DNA of 64,000 bases from Callorhinchus milii (taxonomy: Eukaryota): contig NW_024704742.1 of NCBI RefSeq assembly GCF_018977255.1, positions 53,756,001 through 53,820,000 on the forward strand, read 5' to 3'. Numbering within the stretch: position 1 is the stretch's first letter; every line of letters starts with the position of its first letter. A program made the translations under genes and the position numbers. Under the pieces are notes generated by a model. The model did no database searches. It was not told the origin of the DNA and worked only from the letters and a program-made list of their open reading frames with translations. Below are positions 37,341 through 51,189 of the stretch, one piece after another.

Positions 37341-40300
37341 AGGGCCCACATCCCATTTTAGCTCAAATTTAGAAGATAAAGTGTTTTAACTATTAATGGG
37401 ATTTAATTTGTAATACTCACAAACCAGCTATGTTGTGTTCATTTCAACATCCTTAATGCAAAATGTTCAGCCCAAGAATCGCAAATTGGCATAGCCTCAA
37501 AAAGACCGGGTAGCACAGATCCAGCCACTTTGCTCCCTGTTCTTTTTTTCTGACTTTGGATTCACAATTTAGTGGCCGTGAATTTCGCTAATCAGAAGGT
37601 ACACTTAATGCAAGAAATCCATTGGGTCTAATCACTAAGCGCTCCGAGTCACTGTCAGGTGTGAAGAGCATTAAATAATTGCAAGTTATTGTTGTTGGTC
37701 CTCAGTTACACTCGTGATATGTTTGTTTGTTTGTTTGTGATGTTTCCTCTCTTCTATGTCTCTGTTCTCCTGCTTTAAATTGAACATTTGGAATAATTAT
37801 CCATTGTTAGTGTACAAAATGATTATTCTGTGTTTAATACGGATGAGTGAAAAGTTTGCATCCAAATTCCCCAGCTCACAAGAAGACTATTTGATGTATT
37901 AATTATCATAAGATTCCAAAATTCAATGATGTGCTAATGAGAACCACTGACATGTTATTGTCCAGTGCATACAAGAATAGAACAAGTGAACGCAATTTAG
38001 CCCATCAGCCATCCATAGACTGTGAACATTCCTATTACATCCTCTACCTCATGCATCTTGAAGCAGAATATATACTCCCTTATTCCCAAAGTTAGCAAAT
38101 AGATTGTAACAAAGTTCAAGCATCCACTTATCTCCACCACTGGACTCCTACTGGCCTTATAATAAATATAATCCTCACAATCTGTGTAGCAAGTTGCATG
38201 TTGGGAGGATGTCTCAAAGCACTTCCACAGGATTTACTGTGAAGTGTAGTGACTGCGTATTTTGATGCATTTTGTTTGCCTTCTCCCAAGACAACATATG
38301 CCCCTACTGTAGCAGTGCAGGAGGTTTTATAGGAAGTTGGCTGTACTATGCAATAACAATAATAACTTGTATTTATATGTAGCCTGCATGCAGGGCACTA
38401 TATAACTGCAAGTTGTTGTTGAAACGTGGTAGTGTTTTGGCCGCTTGTTCCTGATTCAGCAGCTCATGAAGCTGACATTGGTTCTTAAGTGTCAAAATGT
38501 TCCAAGCCCCATTACTGACAGCCCTAATACAGAGGAGCACCATAGTCACCCCTCAGTAAAATAAAATAAAGACTTGAAAAGGAGTTTGTCCAAAGAAAGG
38601 TTTGGAAAGCAAAGCAAATGAATTTGTCAAACAAAGTTTATTATTTCATGACTCTTTATGTTGCCTTTCTCTCCATATAGTCATCCCTCATTATACTCTT
38701 AGATATTTTAAAAGGTGACATTTCTCTCTTTATGTTTCCATTTTATTTTGCTTGTTCAGTGGCTGTTCACATTTTAGCTGTCTCTTCACATTTGCTAATT
38801 TGCTGAATTAAATTTTTCTCCACCAGCATTTTGCTTTTCATGTTTGCCTTTTTTTTAATTAGACATTTTATTTTGAGCATTGTGCAATATTTCAGTGGTA
38901 ATGAGGGGATCTGAATATGTTTCAAAGGCAGCCAGGTGTTAGTTAGAATTCTTGTGGTGCTCCTTACCAGTGAAGGGAGGAAAGTGAAGGTAAGATGAAT
39001 ATGAATGAGGGCAACAAATGTGGCTGAACAAAAGGGACAAAGGATTGTACAGGGTGGAGAATCTAGAAATGATTTATTTTTTTTAACCAAGAAATCCCCA
39101 AAACACAATTGTTTTAGATTATTAATGTAACAGCTGCTAACCTGGCTAATCTGCAAAGTAATGAATGTTGGAACATTTTGCCACTTGAAATTCACATTTG
39201 TTAATAATATAATAGTCCTTGTAGTTGATATAGGGTCAAAAATACAGAAACTTTATTTTGCAGAATCCTTCCCGCTTCAAAATAACTGTTCAATGACATG
39301 CTGCCTCAAACAAATTACGTTATATTCCCACAATACTACATGGTATACTGAGACTTGGCATAACATGATTGGACTGTATTTGTCACTTTTTGTGTAAATT
39401 GTCTATCATACATAGGGACTGCTAGAAGGAAAGCATCGGTTTTAATTTAGAAACTGTTTTTCCACAGTCACAAAGATAACTATCGATGAATGGTTTCTAA
39501 ATTAAGACTGAATTTAAGTGTTTTGAAAATGTACACAATCTAAATTTTAAGACAATGGTCTTGAGGCTGACCATGAGAAATGTTCAGCATCTGGATCATG
39601 TAAACGTAATGTGCTAATAGCACAAGGAGGTTTGTCTGTTAAAGGCCAATAGTTGATGCCTACTGTTTGTGATCAAAAGAATGAATGTTAGTATATACAT
39701 TATTATTAATAATAATCTTTGCATTTGACATAAAGCCTTCCATGTCAGGGGTAGATCTGAAAGAGCTTTAAAGGATTTTACCGTACAGTGTATTTTGTAG
39801 GCAAAACAACAGTCTTGAAGTAAGCAATAAAAATAATCCCATTAATATAGCTCTTCATTGAAACTAAATAAGATTTCAAAATGTATTTTACAACTCTTTC
39901 AGATGCATCTTTAAAATGAAAATGCATTCACCATGAATTGCAACTGAGATAAATTCTAGTACAGACCACTTTGGTGCATCAGGCTTTAACCTGAATTAAC
40001 TTCCCTGTTAAATCTTTTAAATACTGGCATATTGTCAAGAAAATTAAATGTGAGCCAAATTGAATCTTCATCGCAGAGACCGGTGGTTAAATAAACAAAT
40101 AGAATTCCAAGTGCTAATAATGTGCTTTACAGTTTTGAAATCACAAATGTTCTTTTGGAAAAAAAAACAACTGGACATTTTAGCATTTTGATTCAAGTCT
40201 GGATAGTTTGTGTAATTAAAAAAGTCTGTTGGTCACACACCAAACTTGAGATAAGATGATTCTAGATTCAAATCCTAATAGGTCATTCAACTTTTGAGAT

Positions 40301-41362
40301 TCTACGTTCAAAACCATTCTGGGGTCAGGCCAGGGAAGATAAGTGGGATCTCGCTGACAGGCAAGTCTTCAGGAATCCAATGTACTGCCAATGATTGACT
40401 GGTCTGTCTAACTCATCAATACAGTTTGGATGTGTAGACATACCCTCAACCTTGAGAGATAAATCCCTAAAGAATAGGATATCCCACCTTAACGATTTCT
40501 TACTGTGCATTTACCATTATTTATTCAAGAAAGGTTGGGAGAAAAATGTGTGATAATTATCTTGTGAAAATTGCAGTTAAACCATTTTTAGGACATTGTT
40601 GTGTGTAATGTTTCCTTGCACAACACAGTCTCTACACTTTACTGTAAATGCTGTGAAGCTCTTGGAGATGTCCTCCTGTTGTGAAAGGTGCAACATCAAA
40701 TGCAAGGATTATTATTATAAAATAGGTTTAAAAGCACCTTAAAACCTGTCCTTAACAGCAGCTTTGGGTCTGAACAATGTGGACCTGACTTAAAGAGAAT
40801 GGCTTTGCCCAGCCCTGTTGAAGGTTGAATTTTGCTGACACTTTGTTTAGCAAACAAGAACCACATCCTGCAAGAGTAGTGACATCTTCTTGAAGTCAGA
40901 GTGGGTGTGAGGGATCAGTCCCAAACCTGTTATTGAGGAGCAGGTTTTAAGAACATGTTTCACCCAAATATTCTGTTCCTTTCAATGATTGTCACATTGG
41001 ACATCCCACATTACACAAATGTCTTTGGCGAGTGGTATCAAAATTAGACAAGTAAATAGCACATTTGGGAGAGAAAAAAAATCTTTCAGTGCAGCTGTCA
41101 ATCTTTCATGGTAAAGTATTGGATATTGTAATGAACTATATTGTAATAAAATATTGAAAGACTTTCAGATAAAAACTTTTTTGGGATCTTTCAAATCTGA
41201 GTTCCAGTTTCAAAAAACATGATGTGACATGTAATTTTAGAGGGATTCTATGGGATTCACTGTACAGTGAAATAGAAATATGCCAATTCTATTCATTCGC
41301 TGTACATTGAAGTTCGTTAATGAGTTATTAAATGGGAAAATTTGTAAGGGTTCCTCTGTGCT

Positions 41363-41822
41363 AACAACAACAACAACAACAAGATTCCATTTATAGAGCG
41401 CCTTTCACGTCAGGAGGACGTCCCAAGGCGCTGCACAGTTGGGTCATGACCCGAGCAGGGGGGAAATGGTCAGGGTGAGGGGAGGGAAGGGAGGGAGAGA
41501 GGAGGGGGGAAATGGTCAGGGTGAGGGGAGGGAAGGGAGGGAGCGAGGAGGAGGAAGAGAGTCGAGAGGGGAGCTGAAGGCACGGTCAAAGAGAAAGGTT
41601 TTGAGACCGGCCTTGAAGGAGGAAAGGGAGGAAGCAAGGCGAAGGCACTGGGGGATGGAGTTCCAGAGCCTGGGGCTGAGAGGCTGAAGGCCCGACCACC
41701 GATAGTAGGGCGGTTGGGGCCGGGGACGTGGAGCAGACCGGAGCCAGAGGAACGGAGGGTACGGGGGGGTAGGTAGGGGGATAGTAGGTTGGAGAGGTAG
41801 GAGGGAGCGAGGGAGCGAGGCC
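41363..41822 (-). mobile_element. L2 3' end, young, with a 46-bp G-rich tandem duplication in the 3' UTR
   Basis: Encodes LAPSYLSNLLSPYLPPRTLRSSGSGLLHVP..TIGGRAFS; (CAA)n tail on the plus strand. Confidence 0.92.
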
Positions 41823-41954
41823 GTGATGTACTGAGAAGGTGTTCTGAATTCAGGAGTTGATGTGTTGCAAATGAGGTTATACTTTGAGGCAAAATGTGAA
41901 TATCAAATATACAAACTTTTTCAATCCCGCAAATTGTTCCTTCACACAGGTATG

Positions 41955-42610
41955 TTCCCATTGTTAAAGATCCCACGGCACTATTTGAAAAGAGTAGAGT
42001 TTTTCTGGGTCTCCTGGCCTAGTCTTTCAAATAAACTTGGCCATTCATTTCATGGCTGTTTGTAGTACATTATTGTGCACAAATTGGCTGCCAATTCAAC
42101 TACTGTCACTCCACTTTACAGTATATCCTGGGAAGTGCTTTGAAATGTCCACCTGAAGTAAAAGGTGCTATATCAAATGCACAATTATTTTATTGTTGTA
42201 AAGTGTAGTGAATGTGGATTTGTTGGCAATTATGGTAGCCAATTTACTCACTTCAATATTCTACAAACAGCTGTCCCACAAACAATATTCTGAGTTAAAA
42301 ACTCTCCCTTTGCTTTTTTGGTAATTATCTTATATATATATCCTCCAGTCTGTCCTTCGGATGAGATGTTTATTCAGGTGAACCTTAAAGATCCCATAGC
42401 ATGATTTAAAAAGAGAAGAGTTTCTCTGGGTGTCCAGGCCACAAATTCCCCAGATAAAATTGACCACTCATTTCATAGCTGTCTGTGGGACATTGATGTG
42501 CAGAAATTGGCTGTGATATTGCCTATAAATACTCAATCACCTACATCTCACAGTAAATCCTGTGAAGCATCATGAGGAGTCATGTCAGATACAAGAATTA
42601 TTATTATTGA
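41955..42610 (+). mobile_element. Two old Deu-SINE 3' halves (41955-42195, 42345-42610)
   Basis: aaagatccca(c/t)ggcacta...gagtttctctggg...catggctgtttgt...aaattggctg in both. Confidence 0.7.
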
Positions 42611-43961
42611 CTTATCAAACATTGGAAATAATGTCTCCTTGTTTATGCTTCCAAAACTAAAAAATGATTTTAAGAACCTCTGTTAGGTCTACTTATAAGT
42701 TCCTGTGTTCAAGGGAAAACAGACCCAATTTTTCCAATCGTTGGTCTTTCATTGCTGATACCAATCAACAACAACTTGCATATAGCGTCCTTCACGCATC
42801 CCAGAGTGCATATCAGTGGTGGATTCTGACCCCAAGTCAGAGGGAAGGGGAAGGTGACTGTAAGCACAATCAAAAAGTTAGATCTTTAGGTAGGATTTGC
42901 AATTGGGGGGAGAGAGTTCCAGAGCTTGTTTTATTCACAAACAAGCAAAACAAAGGGACAAAAATCTGTTTTTGTTGGTGTTACTTTGTCAAGTTCATTG
43001 ACATGGGAGTGGAGCTATGATTGATTATACATCAATTTCCTTAATCAGATAATTTGAGTTCAGTTCAGTCCTCTGGAGTGGTTTTGACAGTCTGATTCCT
43101 GAGCCAAGTCAGCCCAAGGTACTCCAGAACTCTGCTGATGACAGACCAGCTATCGTGGCTATTCGACAGATCTTGGAGCGATACACTGTTCACTGGGGGA
43201 AAGTGATTCTTTCTGCTCAGCTCCAGTACAATGTTACAAAACAGGATTTGTTGATAAGTAATTACTTGATAAGTAATCCAAGCAATGCAGATTTGTGGCT
43301 TATTGACAACTGTAACTCTGATGCATGACAAGTCTACTCCAACCAATTGATATCTGGAGGGAAAACCTATTTAGAAATAGGATTAAACAGCATTTAATTT
43401 TACAGTAAGGCCAAGAAAACTGCTACTAGTTTACTGTTAACTCTACTCTTGCTAAAATGTACCCCTACAACAGTAAACCAAAATTCACTTTGATATCAGG
43501 TACATATTTTATATCTACCATTTCCAGGCAGAGAGAAAAAAATAATATTGGAGTATTTATTGTTTGGCTGTATGATGCACAATATAAAGTGAGCCACAGA
43601 TAACCATCTCCAATACCTGAAAGTAAGTGAAAAGGGCACATGCAGGAGTTGCAGGATTTACAACCCCTGGCCCCTAGGCATGTAATATTTATAGAGCTAT
43701 TCCCCATTGGCTTAACAAGGCATTGTCCTTTTTTGAGTTTTAACTTTGTAATGTTCAGGCACCTTCTGCTTAGATTTGGTCATCAGATACAACAACAACT
43801 TGCATTTATAAAGCACCCTTTACGTGGGGTAGCATTGTAAAAAGAGGGTGACTGATCTCATTCTGTACCATATATCAGGCAGGAAGTAAAAAAAGGTGGA
43901 AGAATAGAGTCTTGGTGAACCACTGGATATGGCATAGGTACTGACAAGAACAAAACAAGTT

Positions 43962-44250
43962 ATAATAATAATAACCCTTGCATTTGATACAGCATCTTAT
44001 CACGTCTTTGAGACATCTCAAAGTGCTTCACAGAATATACTGTAAAGTGAATTGACTGTACATTTTGTAGGTGAAACATGGCAGCCAATTGCACACATCA
44101 GTGTCCCACAAACAGTCATGGATTGAGTGACCAAATAATTTTTTTTTAAGGGTTTATTAAACCGGGGACAGTGACCCACCAATCGACTAACAACAGCATT
44201 CCTATTTACTGCTAGGTAAACAGAGCTGTCTGGAGCAAGGAAACCTGCAA
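43962..44250 (-). mobile_element. tRNA/Deu SINE, head missing
   Basis: (AAT)n tail, Deu block and ccaatcgactaacaac...ttactgctaggtaaacagag. Confidence 0.85.
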
Positions 44251-45018
44251 AGGTCAAAGGTGCCAACAGTGGACATAGATTCAAATAATCTATTGGACAT
44301 TCAGGAAATGTATTCAGTTATTTAGCTTAATGGGTCAAATTGTACTTTGTCATAGTTTTCCATATTTATTTTTCTCAATTTGATAGGTTGGATGTGTCAT
44401 TAATTTTTGTGCATCACATTTATTCAGTTGCAAATCTGCAAACTTCATAACTTTACTACAAGGCCTTTGGGAATACCAGGCAAACTATCAATACTCAGGC
44501 AGATTTTAACAGTTGCAAAAATAGGAAGATTTACAAATTTTTAAACCTGAGTTTAAATTTCTAAGTAAATGTTTGTACCACCTTGTTTCATCATCAAATG
44601 CAGAGATCGAGCATTGTGACTCCATCATGGGGAAATTCAGTTTCTCACAAGAATGTACAGATCTGTTTCTGCAGAACTCAACCAATATAATAAGACTTTT
44701 TTTTACAAACCATGAAAGGTAACAAGCGTGGGGGGGACATTGTAACATTTCATAGTCATCAGATCAATCTGTTATTAAAAGGTGCAATTTCAGTCAATAA
44801 TTGTCAACTGCTTTGCTCCTTAGGATAAATTATAACATTGATTCTGTTACAAAATGTCCTAAATGTACCCATTGTGTTTATATGGTAATTAGTTAGCTGT
44901 TGTAGTTGAGCTAGTTAGCTTCTTAGCATGATCATGTGTAATCCTTCAGATTATTGGTCATTCACCTTCTGTCTGTTTGTGGGACTCTGCGTGCGCAAGC
45001 GATTGCAATATTTGTTTA

Positions 45019-45405
45019 CAAGCGTGGCTCAGTTAGTAGCACTCTCATCTCTGAGTCAGAAGATTGTGGATTCAAGACCCATGTCGGGATTTTCAACTCC
45101 TATTATCTAGGCTGACATTCCAATGCAGTGCTGGGGATGTGCTGATATGTTGGAAGGGCTGTTCTTTAGATGAGGTGTTGAACTGAGATTTCATTGGCCC
45201 CTTTAGGTGGATGTTGAAAATCCCATGGCACTATTCAAAGAGAGGAGGGAGTTTCTCCCAATGTCCTGACCAACCTTAGATAAAAGGGATCATTCACTTC
45301 ATGACTGTTCATAGGACATTGCTGTGCGCAAGTCACTACACTTTACAATCTATCACATGAAACACTTTGAGACATCTTCCTGAATGAAATGTAAGGATTA
45401 TTATT
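45019..45405 (+). mobile_element. Old SacSINE1-like Deu-domain SINE, near full length
   Basis: agcgtggctcagttagtagcactctcatctctgagtcagaag..ggattcaagaccc; tctaggctgacattccaatgcagtgctg; aatcccatggcactatt. Confidence 0.82.
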
Positions 45406-45646
45406 GTAAAATATCACTAAAACACTTTGAGAGGTTTCAATATGATAAGGTGCCACAACAGTGCAAGTTCTTGCTTTTTCTCTCCTTGTTATTGATATTT
45501 TGGTACCAATACCAAATTCCTGCACCTGCACAAATCCTTCTTATCTCAAAGTTCAGTCCCAAAACAGCAACATTTTACAATTGTCACCTCAGCAGTCTAA
45601 CAGCACCTGGCCTTGAGAGCAGCTGCAGCATCTTAACAGGCTAGGT

Positions 45647-47647
45647 CAGGAGTAGGCAAAATACGGCCACATACGTCTCGCCAAATGCTTCTATCCGGCC
45701 TGTCATTGTGTCTAACAACAGAAAAAATTATAGTTCGTTCAGTCCCAGAAAGTCACACAAATTTTGCATTTGAGTCTGACCGGGAACATCAGCCAATCAC
45801 TGCTTAGTTGTGCGCACACTCCCTTAAGTGTTGAATCAGGCTGACGCCAGAAATGTACGGATCGGCAAATTTTCAAACACACGTGGCACCGTGGCAATAC
45901 TTTTCACTGAAGAGGACTTTAATTCGAAATGAGTTTATCAAAAAAGCGGAAAGTGGATGCTGAAGGTCGAATATTCAACAAAGAATGGACTTCTAAATTT
46001 TTCTTTACCAGTGTGGGTGGGAAATAAAACAAATAAAATAAAAATAAATTTTAAAAATAAAATAAATAAAGAAAAGAGAAATAGTGTGCACTTACAAAAT
46101 AAAGTAAGCAATCTTGCATGTTTTTCACTGGCACTCGATGAGAGTTGTGATGTCAAAGACACAGCCCAGTTGATAATTTTTTATTCAAGGTATCTCCAAA
46201 CATTTTGAGCTCAAAGAAGAATTGGCATCAATGCAGTCGATGAGAGATACAACAACTGGAGGAAACTTTTTGGAGGCAGTAAATAAGTGCATTTTAAGAT
46301 TAGGAGTGGAGTGGAAAAAATTGGTGAATGTGACCACCGATGGAAGCCCAAACCTGACAGGCAAAAATGTTGGGTTACTGAAAAGAATTCAAGATCAAGT
46401 CAAAGAAACAAATCCAGAACAGAATATTGTTTTTCTACACTGCATTATCCACCAAGAGTTGTAAGAGTGTTCTAAAACTAAGCAATGTCGTGGACACAGT
46501 TACGAAAGTGGTCAACTACATTCAAGCAAGAGGATTAAACCACATTAAACCAATTTGTAACTCTGCTTGAGGAATTGGAATCCGAGCAAACAGATGTTCT
46601 GTATCACACAAATGTAAGATGGCTTAGTTTAGGAAAGGTCTTGAAAAGAATGTGAGAACTGAGAACAGAGATTGATTTATTTTTGGGCATGAAACAAAAA
46701 GATTCGGATTTCCCACAGCTGAATGATGCGAATTGGCTCTCTGATTTTGCATTTGCCGTTGACATCATGGGCCACATGAACGAACTGAATTCAAAACTGC
46801 AACGGAAGGGGGTCTTTGTGCACGATTTGTATTGCAGTGTCAAGTCATTTATGACAAAATTATTTATTTTATCGCATCAGATAGGAAACAGGCAGTTTGT
46901 CCACTTTCCAACTTTGCAGCAGATTACTGTTTGCGATCAAAGCGTTATAAAGTACATTTCGTCACTACTTGACTTACACGCCAAATTTTCTCGCCAATTC
47001 CAGGATTTCAATTTGATCGAAAATGACCTGTCTTTGGTCTCTTCACCTTTCTCATTTGATGTTGACAAAGCCCCATTTGACCTCCAACTCAAGCTTATTG
47101 ACCTGCAATGTGATCCATTGCTTGCGGAACAATTCAAATCAGTGCCGCTTCCCAGTTTTTACGCCTCTCTTAATGAATATACCTTCCCAAAAATAAAGGC
47201 TCATGCTCAGAGGATGCTTGTGCTGTTTGGATCAACATACATATGCGAGGAAACATTTTCTGTGATGAAATTCAATAAATCAAAACATGAGATGACTGAT
47301 GACCACCTTGCAGCAGTTCTCCACATTGCAACAACGGAGACGATGCCTGACTTCAATTGTCTGGTTAACTCACATCAGCGCTTTCATTCTTTTCATTGAG
47401 TGAGCTTCTCACATTCTCATCAATATGTGAATAAATGAATAAATATTGAATAAATGTCTGCTCAATTAGTTGTTTTATTTAAATGTCTATAAATGTCAAT
47501 TATATAGACTTTATTTTATGCATGTACAAGTGTAAGACTTGATTTTGAGCTATTATTAAGCATTTGCATCTATATTAAGTGTGTGGCCCGCGAAGCTTAC
47601 CAAAACTCAGGAAGTGGCCTGCCAGCCAAAATAATTGCCCACCCCTG
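45647..47647 (+). mobile_element. hAT DNA transposon, Buster/Charlie type (SPIN/GTF2IRD2-like transposase), internally deleted, 2001 bp
   Basis: Left TIR CAGGAGTAGGCAA pairs 11/13 with right TIR TTGCCCACCCCTG. The 8-bp TSD is GGCTAGGT / GGGTAGGT (7/8) with central TA. A subterminal GGCCCGCG motif and a transposase remnant lie inside. Confidence 0.95.
45929..47399 (+). pseudogene. Disrupted hAT transposase
   Basis: Starts MSLSKKRKVDAEGRIFNKEWTSKFFF, then a large deletion with A-rich filler (~46020-46085). Continues FSLALDESCD (D1), VTTDGSPNL (D2), LHCIIHQ (CxxH), VRWLSLGK and FGSTYICEETFS (E). Contains frameshifts and stops (e.g. TAA 46462, TGA ~46653). Confidence 0.93.
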
Positions 47648-49193
47648 GGGTAGGTGCACTGATTTCAAAATTCCTATTTCGTCCTGGAAGTGGAGTTCAA
47701 ACTCATGCCTGACAGATGGCAGCCTCCTCCTAAGTCACAGTGGAGGTCCACTGTGTGCACCTGCAAGCACAGATACATTCAAAGGTACAAATCTGAGAGC
47801 AAATTTGGAACTACAGTTGTGAGAAATGCTATGCCTTGAACACATATGCGGTAGATGGAACATATTTCTGAGCACAGTTGAAACTATGTGAAAAATAAAG
47901 GTTTGATACCAAAACAACATAAAATCATATTATCCAATGCATACCCTATTGGGAATCAAAGTATATGATTATTGAACAACAGTTTTGAAATGCCCACGCA
48001 TAGCAGTATCCACACCTCTCTCATCTACCTTTGTTTCACACTTGAAGGATCTTAGCTGGAATCATTTTCATGCACCATCACTCTTGCTGAAAAAAACACC
48101 TCAACATTATGCAGAAATAAATAAAGAAAGATGCAGCTGAGGTGACAGACTTTAACTCCAATGTATTATACATACAGAATAAAACGTCAGCACTTTAAGC
48201 ATTCACCACATTTGTCTGCAGAGATTTGCAGTAACACATTCGGATGAAAATAACTATAGTCTTAAGATAATTCTTGTGGACATTGCAAGAACTGTAATTT
48301 ATCAAGAAAACCCATTGATTATTCATGTGTGCAACACCCTGAGTACATCTTCACAATTCATTGCCACTTGCTCCAGCAATAGTACAACCAGATTCACAAT
48401 ACCTTCGCACACAAAATATAGTCAATTCACTTTGCAGTATATTCTGTGAATCACTTTGAGACCTCTCGAAGACGTGATGAGGCGCTATATCAAATGCAAG
48501 GATTATTATTATCCCATTTACAGAGAACTCACTTCTAATTATTCCTTTCCTATAACTCATAGCTAGCACATGACTTATCATTGTAAAACATGTATACATG
48601 TATGTATCATCTCTATCCGTAAATCATTTGTAAATAGAGCTTACAGAGAGCATATGAATGAATGGTGCTTATGAACTCCAGCAGTTATCAGTCCCCCACC
48701 CACAACAACCAATCACAAGCTGGGATCTCTCCCCCAATCTACACCTAACACTCTGGGATTAGGTAAACATCCCTCCAGGGTGAGATAGAGACAGAGATCC
48801 TGCACACTCCATTCCAGATAACGGGAGATTTCCATTGTAGGACTTTCAATCTGGGTTTGGAAACTATTAAACCTGGCGACAGGGTCAGACACCCATTTGG
48901 CTGTTCACAACGGCAGGTTTCCACGTGGAACAGATGATGGATGAAGGATTTCTGCATAGGTCAAACACTTGACTGACCACAATGATAGATTTCCATGCAC
49001 CATAGACATCTGGCTGATTAGGCAAAGTGCGAAGGACAACCCCACCCTATTCTTTCAAATTCACCCCTCCTGAGCTGAGTTATCATTTACAGAGTGGGTG
49101 ACAGAAATAAACATTGACCCTGGTTTGCTCCCTGCTGGGGGAGACTTGGACATACTTCCTGCCAGCCACCGCTCAACCTCCTCACCAAAAGCA

Positions 49194-50305
49194 TAAGAAC
49201 ATAAGAAATGCTAGACGATAAAAGACCAAGGTCCATTTAGTTCGCCTTCCACCTTCCTGGCAGTTGCATGCACCTATGTCCCAATCTACCTTTGTACTAT
49301 AACCCATAATGCTATTTCCTAAAAGAAAACTATCTAAAATGTATTTGAAAGAATCAACGCTTCCTGCTTCAAATGTCTCCCTAGGGAACCTGTTCCATAG
49401 GTTCACTATTCGCTCACTGAAATAGTGTTTGCGTAGATTTGTTCTGAATTTACCCCCCTTCAATCACAGGCTGTGTCCTCTGGTTTTACTATTCTGGACA
49501 AGTTGAAACAGCGTGTCATGATCTATATCATCTAGACCCTTTAGAATCTTAAAGACAGAAATCAATCTTCTTTTTCCAGTGTGAACATGCCCAATTCACT
49601 TAGTCACTCCTCATAGTCCAGTCCTTCCATTCCCTTAATCATTTTGGTTACCCTCCTCTGTATCTTCTCGATTTCTCCATATCCTTTTTGTACTGCGGTG
49701 ACCAGAACTGTACATAGTATTCTAAGTATGGTCTCATCATTGATTTATACAGTGGCAGGATTACCTCATTATTTCGGCTTGCTATTGGTACATCCCAACA
49801 TCTGGCTTGCTTTACTCTTATATTCACTGCCATAGAGCATTGTTGGGAGAGCTTCAATTTATTGTCAATCAGAATTTTTTGTCACCATCTGAAGTACTTT
49901 ACATTTCTCCACATTGAATTTCATCTGACACCGATCTGCCCAATTCCCAAGTATGTTCAAATCCTCCTGTAACCTATTTTGTTCAGCTTTGCAATCTACC
50001 CCCTTCATTAGCTCGATGTCATCTGCAAACACATTAGCCACTGTGTTTGCGACTCCTAGTTCCATATCATTTATAAAATTATTAAACAAAAGAGGTCCCA
50101 AAACAGACCCTTGTGGAATTTCACAGTCTGATGTCATTCTCTCTACCACAACCCTCTGTGTTCTTCTAGTCAACCAATTGCGTATCCATTGTAATATACC
50201 TCCACTGATTCCAGCTTTCTTTACTTTCAGTACCAGCCTCTCAAGAGGAATTGTATTAAAGGCCTTACTGAAATCCAGATATACAACATCCAAATGCGTT
50301 TTCTA
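49194..50305 (-). mobile_element. CR1 LINE 3' ~1.1 kb (RT and tail), degenerate
   Basis: Encodes DVVYLDFSKAFN, PQGSVLGPLLF, FADD, RPYLEYYVQFWSP and FSERIVNLWNRFP; (CATAAGAA)n tail. Confidence 0.93.
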
Positions 50306-50319
50306 AAATCTTCTTGAAT

Positions 50320-50938
50320 GTAGTTCGTAACATCACCCGACTCTACCACTACCTCACCCCTCAGGCCGCTGAAACTCTTGTTCATGCCTTCATCAACTTC
50401 AGGCTCGACTATGCAAATGCCCTGCTTGTCGGCCTTCCCAACTCCTCCCTCCACAGATAATCCAGAACTCTGCAGCCCGTGTCCTCTCCAGCACCAAACT
50501 CCGTGACCCCATCTTCCCCACTCTCACCCGACTCCACTGGCTCCCTATCCTTCAGAGGATCCAGTTCAAGATCCTGTCCTCACATACAAAGCCCTCCATG
50601 GCCTCACCCCACCCTACCTCTGCGACCTCCTAATCCCCTACCAACCCACCTGTTCCCTCTGCTCAGCCGGCTCGGGCATGCTCCACGTCCCCCGACCCAC
50701 CCGTCCCACTCTGCCCCCAATCTCTGGAATTCCGTCCCCCAGTCACTCTGCCTCGCCCCCTCTTCAAGTGCTGCCTCAAGACCCTCCTCTTCAACCATGC
50801 CATCGGCCACCCCCATTTCCCTCCCCTCCCTTGTCCCCCAACCCCAGCTCGGGTCTGAAATGCTGTACTCTTCCAGCACCTTGGGACGTCCTCCCGATGT
50901 GAAAGGCGCTATACAAATGTAATCTTGTTGTTGTTGTT
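50320..50938 (+). mobile_element. L2 3' fragment abutting the CR1 head-to-head
   Basis: gccgctgaaactcttgttcatgccttcatc..aggctcgactat (AAETLVHAFI..RLDY); tail cttgggacgtcctcccgatgtgaaaggcgc..(TTG)n. Confidence 0.92.
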
Positions 50939-51189
50939 CTCAGGCTCTGCCTGAAATCGTGGCCAATAAAGATGTAGAGAAGTTAGTTGATGGTACTATT
51001 GCGAAACAAATCTGATAGCCTTCCATGATCAACTTTCTGAAGTTTGGGATGTATTCAAAATACATCTCCCCTAACCTATTTCTGCAGCTGGATGAAGAAG
51101 GTTAGAACAACAGCCAAAATAACTTGGCTGTTGAAAGATCTTAAGGATTGAACTCAGTAGGAGTACAAAGTCTCTTCTGTGCTAAATTC

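Noticed and set aside
37106..37372. Recurrent ORFs reading WDIAVRNWLPR...KDYYYYY (also 51270, 62988) and poly-N at 58573
   Set aside because: These are translations of SINE bodies and (ATT)n tails, not a gene family.
43053..43328. Plus-strand open frame with DDRPAIVAIRQILERY, resembling kinase subdomain XI
   Set aside because: Lacks the preceding CW motif, an in-frame start and convincing splice sites; probably chance.
46683..47399. Host gene of the GTF2IRD2/EPM2AIP1 type
   Set aside because: It lies between TIRs with a TSD, and the upstream part has stops, frameshifts and a deletion. It is a transposon fossil, not a domesticated gene.
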